DNA of 64,000 nucleotides from Patellaria atrata CBS 101060 (taxonomy: Eukaryota): the NCBI GenBank assembly GCA_010093705.1, contig MU006091.1:558001-622000 (forward strand), in the 5' to 3' direction. This document shows, in pieces, positions 1 through 13,085 of the stretch. A model generated the notes under the pieces. The model worked only from the letters and a program-made list of their open reading frames with translations. It had not been told where the DNA came from and did not search any database. How positions within the stretch are numbered: position 1 is the stretch's first letter; each line of letters opens with the position of its first letter. The position numbers and the translations under genes are program-made.

Positions 1-204
1 TCGGGCAGTTATGACAGTTATGGCAGTTGTGGCCGTTTAATCATTCTTCACAGTTTCTTCACAGCTGTTTTACTCATAGAACTACAAAGTTATCATACAC
101 TTCACCCATACCCTACCTACTCCCCTTCACCCCACTCCACTTCACTCACCCACTGACCTTCTACCCAATCCGGTGAAATCCCCTCCCTCTATATTCACCT
201 TCCC

Positions 205-333
205 GTTTCGCTATGGTGCAGTTAGTTGGTGTCGGCTGTTCCTTTGTCGGTTATCCTATCCAATTTCCTTAACAGTCTATGTTCGATTCTCGTCGACACC
301 AACTTTCCGGCAAGGCGGAACTTATTCTTTTTT
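205..333 (+). ncRNA. Candidate RNA polymerase III small structured RNA (not a tRNA)
   Basis: A-box-like TGGTGCAGTTAG (214-225), B-box GTTCGATTC (281-289) and T6 run (328-333). Terminal stem 205-212/314-321 and 13-bp stem 224-236/292-304. Confidence 0.45.
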
Positions 334-948
334 CTTTTTTGTTCCCTTGGACTATTTTTTTGGGGGGCTTTTTCAGTTTGTTTGAACTTTTACTTTTATT
401 CTGGAGGGGAAGGAGGTTTGGGTTATGAATGAGATGTGCGTGTATGGTTCTGTAGAGTGGCTTGCTTTATGGATACTTACTTTTTTTATACGCCACAGTC
501 CATACGCTTCTGTACAATATCTCACACTATGGCAGGGTAGGTGAAGATAGTTCAAGACGCAAGGAATGCAGAACGAGTTGTTCTACCTCTCTACTTGATT
601 ACAATTGCATAGTGTGTTCGGCCAAGAGTGGGTAAGTGGATATGTGGTATAGACGGACAATATGTAAAACCCCTTACCACCTTAGGATATCGGAAGATGG
701 GTTACAGTACAATGAATCAAACAATTGTATCTCATCTCCTCCATCATCCCATGACGAAGAAAAGTACCCAGGCTCTTCGCCACAGTGGTAGAACTACACG
801 CCAACCCCCCTACAGCCACAGACCGGAAAAGAGAGCAAAGAGCGACAAGAAGAAGATCATCCCCTCGTTGCCACCACAAGCCACAAAAGTGCCAACGTCT
901 TCATACACCCATCCTCGCCACGCCACCACCCCAAACTCCCAAACACAT

Positions 949-3096
949 CTACCCCTCAACAACGCTCCTCCTCAGCCTCTCCCGTCCTTCCCTCCTCTCC
1001 GCCCTAATCTTCCTGCTAACTTCCCTCTTCGCATACCCATGCACTTGATTCAACTCCGCCTCGATCTCCTCCAAATTCGCATAAGCCCCCGTCGCCGCAA
1101 ACCTCGGAAGCACCACGTCCCTGACCTGCTGGAGGTTCGTGGTGCCCGGGTACGGCTGGGCGCGCCACCGCGGCTCCATGGGATCGATGAGCAGGTCCTG
1201 CGTGTCGTACTGGAAGTTCTGGAGCTGCGTCACGTTGAAGGCGGCCATCATGTCGTGGTCTTCGTGGACGAGGTTGTGGCCTGGTCAGAGTTAGGTTGCT
1301 GGGTATTCACCGACATCGATTACGAGGATAGGGAGAGTAGGGGGGCTGAGAAGATGGGGGAACTTACAGTGGAACATGTACACGCCGTGATGGGGTTGGA
1401 ACTGCATGAGCACCGTGACGGCCTCGTTGGGACCGAGGCTCACTACGTCTTTAAGCGCTTTTTGCTCGTACGCGGATACGGCGTTGCGGCCGCCGACGCG
1501 GGATTTGATTTGGAAGTCGACGAGATGGATGTGGATCTATCATAGTAAATAATGGCTCTTACTACATTCTGACCGGAAGTATCGGAAATGTACCGGATGA
1601 CTCCAACCGCCGCTGCCATTTTCAAGCTTCCAGAGCTCAACCTTGCCGCGCTGCGGACGGGCTAGGATGCGGTTCGCAACGTCTGCAAAGCCGACGCCGT
1701 TGATGCGCCATTCAGAGTTTCTATAGTTTAGGCGTTAATACCGAGGCTATGACTGGGGAAAGAGGGGGGCTTACGTGTGCTCAAATAGGAAACTCCGGTC
1801 GACAGCTGTTCTCTGAACAGGAGGTAAATGTAGATTCGCCAGGTTGGTGGGTACAGGCCCGTTGTTCGCAGTAGAACTGACTGCGTTGCCCACTTTGAAG
1901 CGCATCACGCGATCGGTTCCGAAATAGTCCTCGTCTTTGAAGACATCGCGGGCATTGGTCAGGGTGAGGTTCTTCCCAGCAAATGGAGCGAAGTCTACAA
2001 TAATCTCCCATCGCTCCGCCATAGCTATTCTCAGGTTATTGGTAGAGACAGACTGGCTCAGGAGTCCGGAGTCAGAACCTATGACGGTGAAGGGCACTTT
2101 CGTGTTTCCATTCATGAGTGAAAGGGAGAATGATCGATCTGCGGCGGCGTCTAGCAATCTGAATCTGTATTTGCGGGGCTCAACCGCTAGATACGGCCAT
2201 GGCTGACCTAGGAATGGTGTCAGCTAAGTTGCGAATTGGGAATGAAGACAACATACCATTGACTTCAATGACATCTCCCCACCATTCATCCTCCTCTCCA
2301 GCGATAGAAAGAAGATCACCATTGGATTTGTAAAACTTTGCATTGAGGGCTAGTGGGATATCATATTGGCCGCTGGGAAGTCCAAGAGCAGCATCAACTG
2401 GGTCATCGATGATGTAGAAGCCCGCTTGCCCCTGATAGGCGTTTACCGCACTAATGTCTTGTTAGATTATACTAAAAGAAATAATGGGGTAGTAGGGGAC
2501 GGACGTGATCCCTTCAGCATGGTCATGATACCACAAAGTGCGTGCAGCTTGTGTATTGGGATAGTAGTAGTCTTTGTACTGTCCTGGTTCAAGGACATCT
2601 TCTGCCCATCCGTCCCAAGCTGCCCTCGACGCAGACCCGTGGAGATGTATAGAAGATGGGCGAGCTGTTTACGAAATAAGCATTCATCCTACGATTCTAT
2701 CGAGAGGACGCACTTTGCTGGTTGATGAACCTCACAACAGTTTCCCTGCCACGAGTGACACGGATGGTTGGTCCAGGTGCTTGTCCATTATAGCCCACAA
2801 GATTTGCAAGACCGAGGTTAGGATATTGTCGCCTTTGAAATGGTTGGATCTTGATCTCGTAAAAATCAATTGGTACACTTGTGTTGGGGTTGGTATATGT
2901 TCTGGCAATTGTTAGACGTGCCTCTTTTCGACCAGACAGTATACACTCACGTCAAAGGAGCTAGTGTAGATGGTATAGGGAGAGGAAACTCAAAGAGGTA
3001 GTTATATACAGGACTTTCCCAGTCATCATCCCCAGCGAATGCTAAGGGAAGAGAATATAGGACAAAAGATAGTAGACGAAGGAACGCCATAATCAT
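949..3096 (-). CDS. Secreted bilirubin-oxidase-like multicopper oxidase (multi-exon)
   Basis: Signal peptide MAFLRLLSFVLYSLPLAFAG followed by WESPVY..FPLPIP. Copper-ligand motifs WYHDH, HP|IHIHLVDFQ and YMFHC|HNLVHEDHDMM assemble across GT-AG introns. TAG stop at 949-951. Start is 3096 or 3090. Confidence 0.93.
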
Positions 3097-5215
3097 GAAT
3101 GCAAAGAATAGAAAACTGAGTGAGGAATAACAAAGTTCTCTGAGGAGACTATTGGAGAGATACCTTCTTGCTCTTTAAATACTTTCTCAACTGAATGCTT
3201 ATCCCCTCCAATATCTGATATCTTTTTTCAAACCGCCTCCTCCTTTTCCCCATATTATCGCCACATTGTCGATTCGATAGTGGTAGATCAATGGAGAGGA
3301 GATTAACATGGACCACAAAGCAAATCATAGAAATCTAGACGAGTCGAGAATCTCAGGATGGGTGCAAATCAATTCTAGGGGTGTGGGATGCGGTTGCGAT
3401 ACCATGGAATAAGCCGCTCTCATTTCCCCTGAGAGATGCTTTTTGAAGCGCTGATACTAGTAGTGACATTCATGGTTCCAGTGTTGAGCGCATGATCCAC
3501 CTTCGTGTGAGACGTTGTAGTTTGCTCCATGTAGTTGCTCCACGGAGGTATGTGTGAAGCTTTTGGTACAGTACCAATGGAAACTCATCTTTCCCATGAT
3601 ACTAACAAGCCACCACATACACAGTTCGGGCCAAGAACACTCGTTAATACGTGCTCCGCCTCGGATTCAGATTAGCAATCGATGGAAAGCATAGTTGGGC
3701 TCTCAATATCTTCTATTCCACACCATCAACAACTGTCCGAGGATTAGCAGTTATCGAATGCAGCAGAGTATTGGAGGTAATCTTAAAACCCCGTGGATTG
3801 GGGATTTTCGTAAGCTCACTGTTATAGACCTCATGCCTAATTTTCCAACAAGTGCAATAGGCAACTACAAGAAATAGGTCCATGAAGCTTCTGCCAGAGA
3901 TGATACGTTGGATAAACTATAGTTGGTGGGTAGTATCGGGCGGAAAGCCCAAGAGAAAATTCGTTATAGCCAAGCTGGCCAAGTCTCGAACGGCATATTT
4001 ATACTCTTCATATCCAGGAGAAGCATACTAAGCACTCTTGGACTAAATGATGACATGTTGCTTCTAAGGTCGAGTTTAGGGAAAGATATCAGAATCAGAA
4101 AATATACCATGTGGAGCTTCTTGAGCTAGCGTTCCTGGACCAATATAACGAGCCAGGAGTCCTGGTGACTATGGTATTATTGTAGAGCTAAGCAAGGGAC
4201 GGGAACGAGACGGGATGCGAACCAGTTATTTGGGAGATCCACTGTGCATGCACAGGCAAGGGCGATCTTCTGTATGTATGATGATGATTTCTGGTAAAGT
4301 TGCCGAGCCGCGGCCATGGGAACGAACAGGCCAAAGCGAAACTTTACCCCCGACACGCATGCGGACAGGCAAGATATGTCCCAAGGAAATTCAATGGCAC
4401 TAAGTTGTTTCTTTGCAAGCGGTATTGATGGTGTAGAGTATATGATGAAGGTCGTGAGCCATGACTTGTGTCATGAAAGATCATGCGGGTAGGGTCCAGG
4501 GTTAGTTCTACAGTTTACAAACTACAGTACTGTACAGTAGGTCTATGGTGCGTGATCCGGTGTGGAACCGCCCGCCAAGCTAAAGTTATGGTTGGTTCGA
4601 CTGCGAACTATTCAGAATTCGATCAAAAAGCCTGTTGGGGTGTGCGTGCGAAGGCGAACACGGCCTACAAAAGAGCTGGCTGGTATAGAGGTGATTTGTG
4701 ATATTTCCTTGAGAGGAAAGCGGTTTGTACTGATTGCTTAGTGTAAATTCTTGATTATAGTAAAAGACGTAAAAGGATATATACCGCAGAATTAGAACTA
4801 TAATAGATGTATAAAGCAATATAGTGCTGTTAGCGCGAGATCTGAGAGACTGAGATAAATCGCACTTAGCTCCCGTACCGATCACTGGAATCAAACCTAC
4901 GGTTTGTTCAGATTTCTATCACTACTTCTAAGCCTCACCACCCCTCGAGAGTTTTACTAATTAGCACGTCAGCGTTTAAGATTACCTTACTCCATTAAGA
5001 AAAAGTACAACTCACTTAATATTGAGCCAATAGTATCGATACAGCTGCATCACCCACAGGTGGTGCCCATAACTAGATGTACAGTAATGCACTTCACCCT
5101 TGGCGCGATTAATTAGTTCTTCATGTTTCTTTGCTGAATGCGAGCTGGTGGTGCGCGGAGTGCGTCTCCTCACATGCGCCTTGCCCCACATTTGACTGTG
5201 CCTCTCTATTAGCTC

Positions 5216-5722
5216 TTATTCTTCACTGTATAAAGTATGAACGCCTTCTGCGGTTTCACTCGGACCTCCCCCGGTGGTTACTAACTGTACCTTGTCATCG
5301 AGAACTGCCTGCCTGAAATGGTCTGGATAGAATGATAAGCGAAACTTTGTGCAGATGTGTAGCGGCTCGGATCCGAGTATTACGGGATTAAGCTCCTTCT
5401 CAAGCTTGCTTCGGGCGTCCATTGAGATCGAGAGTTTGAAAGCCCCTTTAACGAAATATGAGTGTTCCAATCCATTGGCTCTTGGAAGCCTCTGCTTGGT
5501 GGACATGGTTGCCTGGGGATCAAGACGTCGACTGAGATTCGCATCCGGAGAGCTGCCTCCGACAAGGGAACAGTGTGGGCATTGTGGCTCCCCTGTATCG
5601 CAAACGTAGCATTCCAAATCATTTGTTGGTGTGACCTCTTCTGCTCCCTTGAAATACCTATCCAGAGGCCAGTTGATGGAGGATACCGTCTGATATGTGG
5701 CGCTATCGGGCGCAAATAACAT
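5216..5722 (-). CDS. Hypothetical ORF with CxxC...CxxC, possibly the remnant of a decayed gene
   Basis: 168-aa ORF containing CYVCDTGEPQCPHC. No family recognised. Confidence 0.25.
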   Translation of the reverse strand: MLFAPDSATYQTVSSINWPLDRYFKGAEEVTPTNDLECYVCDTGEPQCPHCSLVGGSSPDANLSRRLDPQATMSTKQRLPRANGLEHSYFVKGAFKLSISMDARSKLEKELNPVILGSEPLHICTKFRLSFYPDHFRQAVLDDKVQLVTTGGGPSETAEGVHTLYSEE

Positions 5723-6929
5723 TCCTTCGGCAATGAAACTGTTCAGATAAGTTACTTGTCCATGGGTAAAAGTTAGTAATCATTCAGCTTCGTGAGTCTC
5801 GACTACTGCGGTACCCGCTAACACCCTCTCATTTTAGTCGACCGCGTGCTATACTGAGGGAGACTTATCGAAATACTAACCACTAAACAGATTGTGGATG
5901 ATACCAAATCTAGAACGGTTGAGAAACCCGAAAATATGCGAAATATCAGGGCAAGCTATTGACAAAGCTTAAGTTATGCTATGGACTGAACATGAGCTAG
6001 CAGGCACATTCATGTAAAGCAGCCGATGGTGTGTACTGCATACTTACCTTTTAGAACACGCCCATTCCACGGGTACGGCCCAAGCATCAGCCTACAACTT
6101 GCCCATCGTTCAAGACAAATGGAGTTCAATCCCGGTGTCATCTGTGCGAGAAGAACCTATCGAGGCTACTCATCGAATTTTCCTTTCGACACTTCTCTGG
6201 TATTCGCTGTAATCGGCTATAGCTCTGCTCTTATGCGATCTCCAACATTGTATCGACTCTGCTTCGGACTAAATGAATGACAAATATTGACAGAAGTTGA
6301 GAGAGAAAACACTTTTTAAAAAAGCACAGCAAGTGATAGTAGGATACTGAATGAACAACTCCGTCGGTAGGTCCTCATATTTTGGTGGTCATCTTAACCT
6401 AGTTCGCTCAGACCCTAGCTCTTGAAGTTCTGATCCCGTAAAATACTGTATCGTCCTCCAGGTCGGAAACTTTCGTAAAGTGATAGATTTCAATGCGATG
6501 ATTGCGTGTAATCCGAATCCAGTTCCCATACCTAGCAGTAGATAACTGTAGCGATGACAACTACTGGAACATAATGAGACCGTTAATATCCAACTGAATA
6601 GGGGCAGACTTGCTATTCCTATTTGGATGGGATCTGGAAAATAATAAGAATGCAACACTCGGTTACTACTATCGCGGAACCTCTAGGAGTAGAACATTTC
6701 AATATGCGGATGCATTTGAGCATAGAGACTTTCACACTTCATTGCGCACAATATTAAATACTTTAACAAAAAGGGAGAATACCGGCTTCGGTTGACGGGC
6801 TATCAACAACCTAAATATTTTCATTCCTGGTCACGAACCATCAAGGTATATCAAAAATGAGACCAGCTCGGATAGTGGATTAGGTTAGAGAATTTTCGGC
6901 ACAACCGAGAACATGCTTGATACCGCTAT

Positions 6930-7820
6930 CAGTCTTGGTTTATCGTAAGAACTTCCCCTTTCCTAAGGCGTTTGGATACATGCTAATATATGACGAGTGA
7001 AAATTGTGTTGTACAGTCTAGAAAATTCATGTCAAAATCTGGAAGATCATCTTTGTAGCAAGGCCCTTCGTGAGAAGCCTACAGACGTTTAGAACTTTCG
7101 ACCACTTGACGATTCGGTACCTAATCTGGCGCAAGTACATTTGGGGGGAGCAAAATATTATGGTTCTGATCGCTTTCAAAACAGAAGATGTTCTATATTG
7201 CGTTGGTATATTGAGAATACCTCTCCTGGACAGTTGGGTGTACTAGGTTCTACAACTGTTTTAAGGCCTCTGGATATCGGCTAGCGGAGCCGAATCGAAG
7301 AATGGACACACCACCTCTGTCCAGTACACTTCTTAATAATGTAGCATTCCGAAGCTCTGAGCTCCACCTAGTAGGTACTCGGCCAATCTGCACAATGAGG
7401 TTCCTGACGTATAAATCCGAAATTCGATCGAAACCCAATTCTATCCGTAGGAATGTAACATTTCTCAATTTCAGTCGATTCTGCATGGCTCTCAGTCTGG
7501 CTCTCGGTCATTCAACCCTCTCAACAGCTTTCCATGGGAATTGCTCGGCTGCGGTCTAGTTATAGAATAAGACAACCCTCGGTATGACTTGCTACGCTGG
7601 TAGATCTGGAAGTATACGGTCAATACGGTCAAGTCATCGCGTGTATGGAATGTCACTCCGATGTGCAGAGGTGGATTGACTGCAAGAGTACAGCAAGGCA
7701 TGGGTGTCATAAAGGCCCATTGATGAGGTAATCCAGTTCAATGGAATATTTCTAGCGTTATTGTGGTAATATTCGAAAGTAGAGCTGAGGATGGAGCAAG
7801 GGTTCTGGTCCCTGCTTTGT
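6930..7820 (-). pseudogene. Probable decayed coding sequence
   Basis: One frame, the frame of ORF 7250..7486, reads protein-like for about 300 codons. It is broken by about nine stops, all TAG or TGA and none TAA (hand count). Confidence 0.35.
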
Positions 7821-8489
7821 TCCTACCACTAGAACTAGTCCTATTGTAGTTCGACGCTAAAGGCACTTTAATTCGACTTCCAGCTCTACTTTGTACCCCC
7901 ACCTATCAGTCATGAACAAATCTAGGTCATACGTATGATATCCATAATCCTCATGATGAGTAAAGGATCACCGTACAAAGACCTAAGGTAGGTGATTCAG
8001 AGCTGTTACGAGGACTGGCCGACCTCCCACCTCCCCCTATCCATTCCATATGAGATAGAACTAAGAGAAAAGAAACTTATCCAACTTGCTTAGGGCATAA
8101 AATCTAATCTTCGATTAAAGCCCAACTCGTTTTTCACCCAGAACGAAATGGCTATGCGAGTTCTTCGAACTTGAGCCGCAAAAAATAAAATCGCAGCATT
8201 TGAAATGTTCCATGAATACCGTACCAGCGGATGGGTCCATGTGAAGAAGGTACCGAATTGTAACTCTCCATGAACATCGCTTAGCGACTCGAAGAATCAC
8301 TTGCTACTTCCCTAAACATACTTTCGTGACTACCGTATGGCATGGCGAATCGTGGATCGACCGCAAGTGCAGTGAAGCGTAATAAGAATTTACAAAATGT
8401 CCGTTAAATCAACTAGACTCCTTCAGCTAGGTCAGCAGTCGCATGTCGGAGCTGAAGGCGAAAAGGGAGTGTAGCATGATCAAACCGTC

Positions 8490-10402
8490 CTAGTGGTGTG
8501 GTTCCTCGAGGTTCTCAGAGATAAGGTGCGAGCGCCCTTCTTGATTCTCGCGTTCCTGGAATCTGGCCTTTTTAGGTTTCCACAGAAGCGGTTGCTTTTC
8601 AGCCGAGAACGATATCGACGGAGTTGTCGAAATCATCCAGGACGCTGTGCTTCCCACAGTAAACATGGCCTTTGATAAGTTAGTGTATGTGCGCACAGCT
8701 GATTGCTACTGTACTTACTGTCAACACAACGAATGGCAAAATCATCCATTGGCCACCAAGTCGAATGCCACTGGCCCATACATGTTCCACAAAGGGACTT
8801 CCCAGCATGTGGGCAACTGCTTCTGCCATCGAAACGAGCGTATAGAGTCTTGCAGTTTCCTGGCTAGGATCTATAAAGCCTGTAATGACAGATAACATTG
8901 AAGCGCGGGTGCCAAATCCGCCGGCATAAATTACTAGCGCTGTGTGTACTTCTCAGTTACATTTCCGACAAAGAGTTAATAAGGCAATCATACCAAAGAT
9001 TAAAAGCGCTGGCGACCAAGCGAGAGTCATTAATGCTAGTCCGATCGCCAGCAGCGTACTACTCGCTCTAGTTACGAATAGGTCTATCACCGCTATTGGT
9101 ACGTGGGATCTTTCCTGGAGGACCATAGTCACGTACGGAAGAAACAGAAGAAAAGTGAAAATGTTCACAGCCGATACAATCGAAATCAACAAGTTTGTCT
9201 GCAAAAGAGCGGATTAGTATCCATGACAGAAATTTTAGTATTGCATTTCTTACCTTTCCAATGGACCATCCAAAAGTCATGGATGTGTACGGTAGCAAAA
9301 TATCTATGGCTATCCAGCGGAACTGAGCAACAAAAAGCGTCATGAGTCCTAGGAGGATACGCCAGTTCTTCAGAAATGACGTATATCCTTTGTAGCTAGT
9401 AACACCAAAGGGAGACTTGTCCTGAAATACTTGTGCCTTTTGAGCTGGCATGGTGCTTGGCATAGCATAAAGTACTGGAAATGTCAATGCCAAGGAGAGG
9501 CCGCAAATGAGGTACGGTAACCATAGAGAATGGCCAAGTGCTATATACGCTAATTGAGGACCTATTAGATCAGTCGTAAGATACACTGAGAAAGTACGAT
9601 AGAAAGCTCTGCTTCTATAACGGTTGTCAGTAAACCCATACGGTAAATTTGAATCGGATATTCACCTCGTTTCATCTGTAGCTCTATCAGCGGACATCGT
9701 CATCAACATCGAGAGAGCCATATGCGGGCCGCCCCCTATCAATCGAAAGATAGAGGAGAACCAGACCATCTGAATTGGCACATATGCCCAATAATAAGCT
9801 GTGTGGTCATTCGTCAGCGTTGTCCACTTAATGCGAGCTTCATACCCCTTTTAATAGCCTGTTTTGGTTAGAGATTTTCCATACCGGTGAAGTAGATCCA
9901 GGCCATTTGCAATGTAATACCGATGACTGAAGCAGAGAATATCACTTTACGACCATATCTGTCGGCCAATTGACCAAAGACGAATCCAAAGCAGAGGACT
10001 AAAAATGAATCAGCACTGTGGATGTTGCAAGTTCTCCCGTAGTAACTAACTTGGTATTGCGTCGAAGAAGCCCAACCAGCCACGAACGCATGCTAGATGT
10101 GCCTGTACAACTTCAATCTTGCACATCATCTCGTGGACTTCCTCTAGAGCCCCCAACTCACCCGAGGAACGATAGTACTGGCGACAGATTGCATCTTCCA
10201 GCAATCGAATAGTTGGTGCTATTTGCACAACTTCTGAGATCTCCAACAGCACATTCAATGTGAGGAGCGAGATCAAAGGGAGACTCGATGAAATGCTCGA
10301 AAAGGTCAATCTACGCGCTCCATTGAGCCCAGGATACTGTCCTTTCTCTCTTTCCCCAGAATTTATGGCGGAATAGGAGCGAGCGGCTCCTTGAAGCTGC
10401 AT
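8490..10402 (-). CDS. Major facilitator superfamily transporter (SLC46-like fungal MFS, multi-exon)
   Basis: APTIRLLEDAICRQYY..CK...VQ N-terminal motif, MFS motif A (GQLADRYGRK), and several hydrophobic exons joined by GT-AG introns. Last exon ends with TAG at 8490. Confidence 0.85.
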
Positions 10403-12656
10403 TGAAGCTAAGTCTCAAGGCAGGCTTGTGCGGTAGTAGCATCCGGGTTCAGTGATGAGTGATCAAAGTTGAAGAGGTAGATCGTGAGCAACTTACACCT
10501 TTTGAAGGTAACTCAAAAGGGTACGTATATGCGGAAATACCGAAGAGCAGTAGAGGAGATTTATCAAGTTTCTATTACAGCTTGGAGCGGTGAATGGAAG
10601 AAACTGCCCGACTTGTTTCAACAATCTATCAGGGGCACGGCGGCCGGTTGTGTTTATACTACGCCTCTCCACTGATACCAGCTGGCGTCCTGATAAACAC
10701 AGTCAACAGTATTTCGCGGGTGGTAGTCCATGCTTTCAATCGATGCATTTTGGACACATGCGTATTATACAAGTGCAGTTCATGCCGTGCGAACGCAGCG
10801 CCGGGTGAATTCTACTCGCCCAGCTCAGCTATACAAAAATGCAACAGATGCATGTGGGTTTCACAAGCCCCCTCCATAGTCTTGCGTGATATGGCTGGAC
10901 TTACCTGAAAGAGCATTTGAACGGCATAAGCTTTCAACGCCGACTATCGTCGGACGAAGCTTCAAATTGAACTTCATTGCCTATATAACACAATCGTCCT
11001 TACTCTCAAAAAAACATCTTATTCCCGCATTTTCCTGGGTCTTGCATACGTTAAGGTTATCGCTTTCTCCTCTGTTTAGAAAATGCTGTGTGACTTTTTG
11101 TGTCGCCAATCCCGCCAGCTCTAAAACTCACCCATTTCAACCACAGATAACGATAGATAGCGGTTAGGACTAAAAGCAATTCTGTTGGGGCCTAATAACA
11201 GTCACTTGCATTAATGGGGTGTCAAAAGATATCCACTTTGCAAAATCTCGTAGGTGCGGACGAATACCCTCGGGAAGGGGGTCGGGGGAAGGTGCCAAAG
11301 TCATGGGATGAGTCGTCTAAGTAGCATATGTATGAAAGAACATCGTTTACATCGTGATCTGAGAATAAACGAAAAGATAAGTCCATCTTTGATCCATTCG
11401 AGGGACAGTTTACATTCCCCTCCCGCATGTACAAATTGAGGGGATAGCAGTTGTGAAGTTGTGGGGTCGCGGAAGCAATTGGAGTTGCTTCCGATTTCGA
11501 TCGTCAACTCGTCCGCTCCTCCCCCTGAGAGCAGTTTCCGCTCGATTTCGTCCATATAAGGCGTTCCGTTGCAGAGGAGGGAGATGCAAATGCAAACGAG
11601 CAAGGTGAATAGTGCAACTCCAGTCTCTACTGACCATGCGGAGTGGACTGCCGTGACCCGTGTATTGGATTTGCTCTCGATACGCGCAAGTCCAGCAGGT
11701 GAAGCACATGTGCTTGATTGGAACCGCTTGTAGGAGGCTTGGAATCCAATGATAACTAGGACGATGTACGACTGTACATGATGAGATAAACATTCATCAT
11801 CCCGTCGTAAATAGATAATTTCCCCAAACTGTCTGCATGTACTCTTATCCCGGACCGGCCCGCTTCTTCCTCATAACTGAGTGATACCATCTGATGCATT
11901 TCTAGAGCCTTTTCTACGCACCCTTGGGCGTTCAGATGCTCACCTCAGGCCGCCGTAACTCATTTTATCAGCTGTGAGATTCCTCACCCTATAACTGATA
12001 TTTGTCGCTTACCAACCATTCAACGTGTGGGTACAAGTCGGGGCGCAGGCGGAGCGGAGCGGACACGGTTTCCATCGGCTGGAAAGCGCGGGGTGCACAC
12101 CCATCCCACCTTGTCGGTTCAAGCTAGGGCAAGTCGGGCTAAATAATTGAGGTGATCGCGGCAACCTGGAAACGGGATGGGCGTCTTTTCGAATGCACGT
12201 TACCCCGGCACGGACTCGAGATAGTTTTCAAAAGGACGTGATTTATTTTGGTCATTTGTTTAACGAATAGTAAAATAAAGAATCTATATACTTATCTAAG
12301 ATCGCGGCCCAAAAATGTCGAAGATTCATGTGCGATATGATATTTTAGATAAGGTAGTAGAAAGTTCAGTTTCTGAAAGACTGGACGGGAATATGAAAGT
12401 CGTGTTGCGCTAACTGTAGACGGCATAGCGTGAGATACACTCCCTGACAAAGCAAAGTGGCCTGCACATTTGGCCTAGGGGCATGACGTAGCGGCTGGTG
12501 AAAGCTTCGAAGCCTGATTTTGATGCTGGATGTCAAAAGGGTCCTCGACACTGTCTACCACATTCTAACTTGCTATTCTTTTACAATAGAACCAAATTCA
12601 ATACCCCACTTATCTATTGACATATTTATTCTTCGAAGTATCGAATAAGCCGAAAG

Positions 12657-13085
12657 ATGCCGTCCGACCAAAGAGAAGACAACACCCAGGACGAGCAGCA
12701 GCAGCCAAAAGGCCCGTTCCACTAACTCTTACCCCTTCCTCCACCCCCCGCAATCCTCCCCATCCGTGCGTTTTCTAACCGACCTCCAGGACCCCTCTCC
12801 AAAATCGGTGACCCCTTAGGCAATGCCCTAGGGACGGGTCTTCGCCCGCTCGGCGCTACCGTCGAGACGATTACCAAACCCGTGACCGGTGCAGTAGGCA
12901 ACGTGACGAAGCCAGCCGCAGCTCCTTTAATGGGACACCAGGACGAAAAAATGGAAGTACTGGGCGGGGACAATAAGGATAGTTACGAGCATAAGAAGGA
13001 GAGTATTGGGGGGAAGGAGCAGACGGGCGATAATCCGCTTGGATTAGATCAAACGGGAAGATTCGGCTTTAGAGATGAGAAGTAG
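12657..13085 (+). CDS. Small conserved fungal hypothetical protein (about 116 aa, two exons)
   Basis: ATG at 12657 (MPSDQREDNTQDEQQQPK). Inferred intron 12712-12789 joins to GPLSKIGDPLGNALGTGLRPLG...IGGKEQTGDNPLGL. TAG ends at 13085. Confidence 0.7.

Noticed and set aside
628..1545. 305-aa plus-strand ORF, and similar long antisense ORFs at 44418-45194, 47421-48053 and 52445-52969
   Set aside because: These are shadows of real genes on the opposite strand, favoured by local GC and skew bias, with no recognisable domains.
11222..11793. Overlapping short ORFs upstream of the MFS gene
   Set aside because: No consistent frame, splice pattern or recognisable motif.
949..13085. Secondary-metabolite cluster (multicopper oxidase plus MFS transporter)
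   Set aside because: No backbone enzyme, tailoring enzymes or cluster transcription factor is visible in the window.
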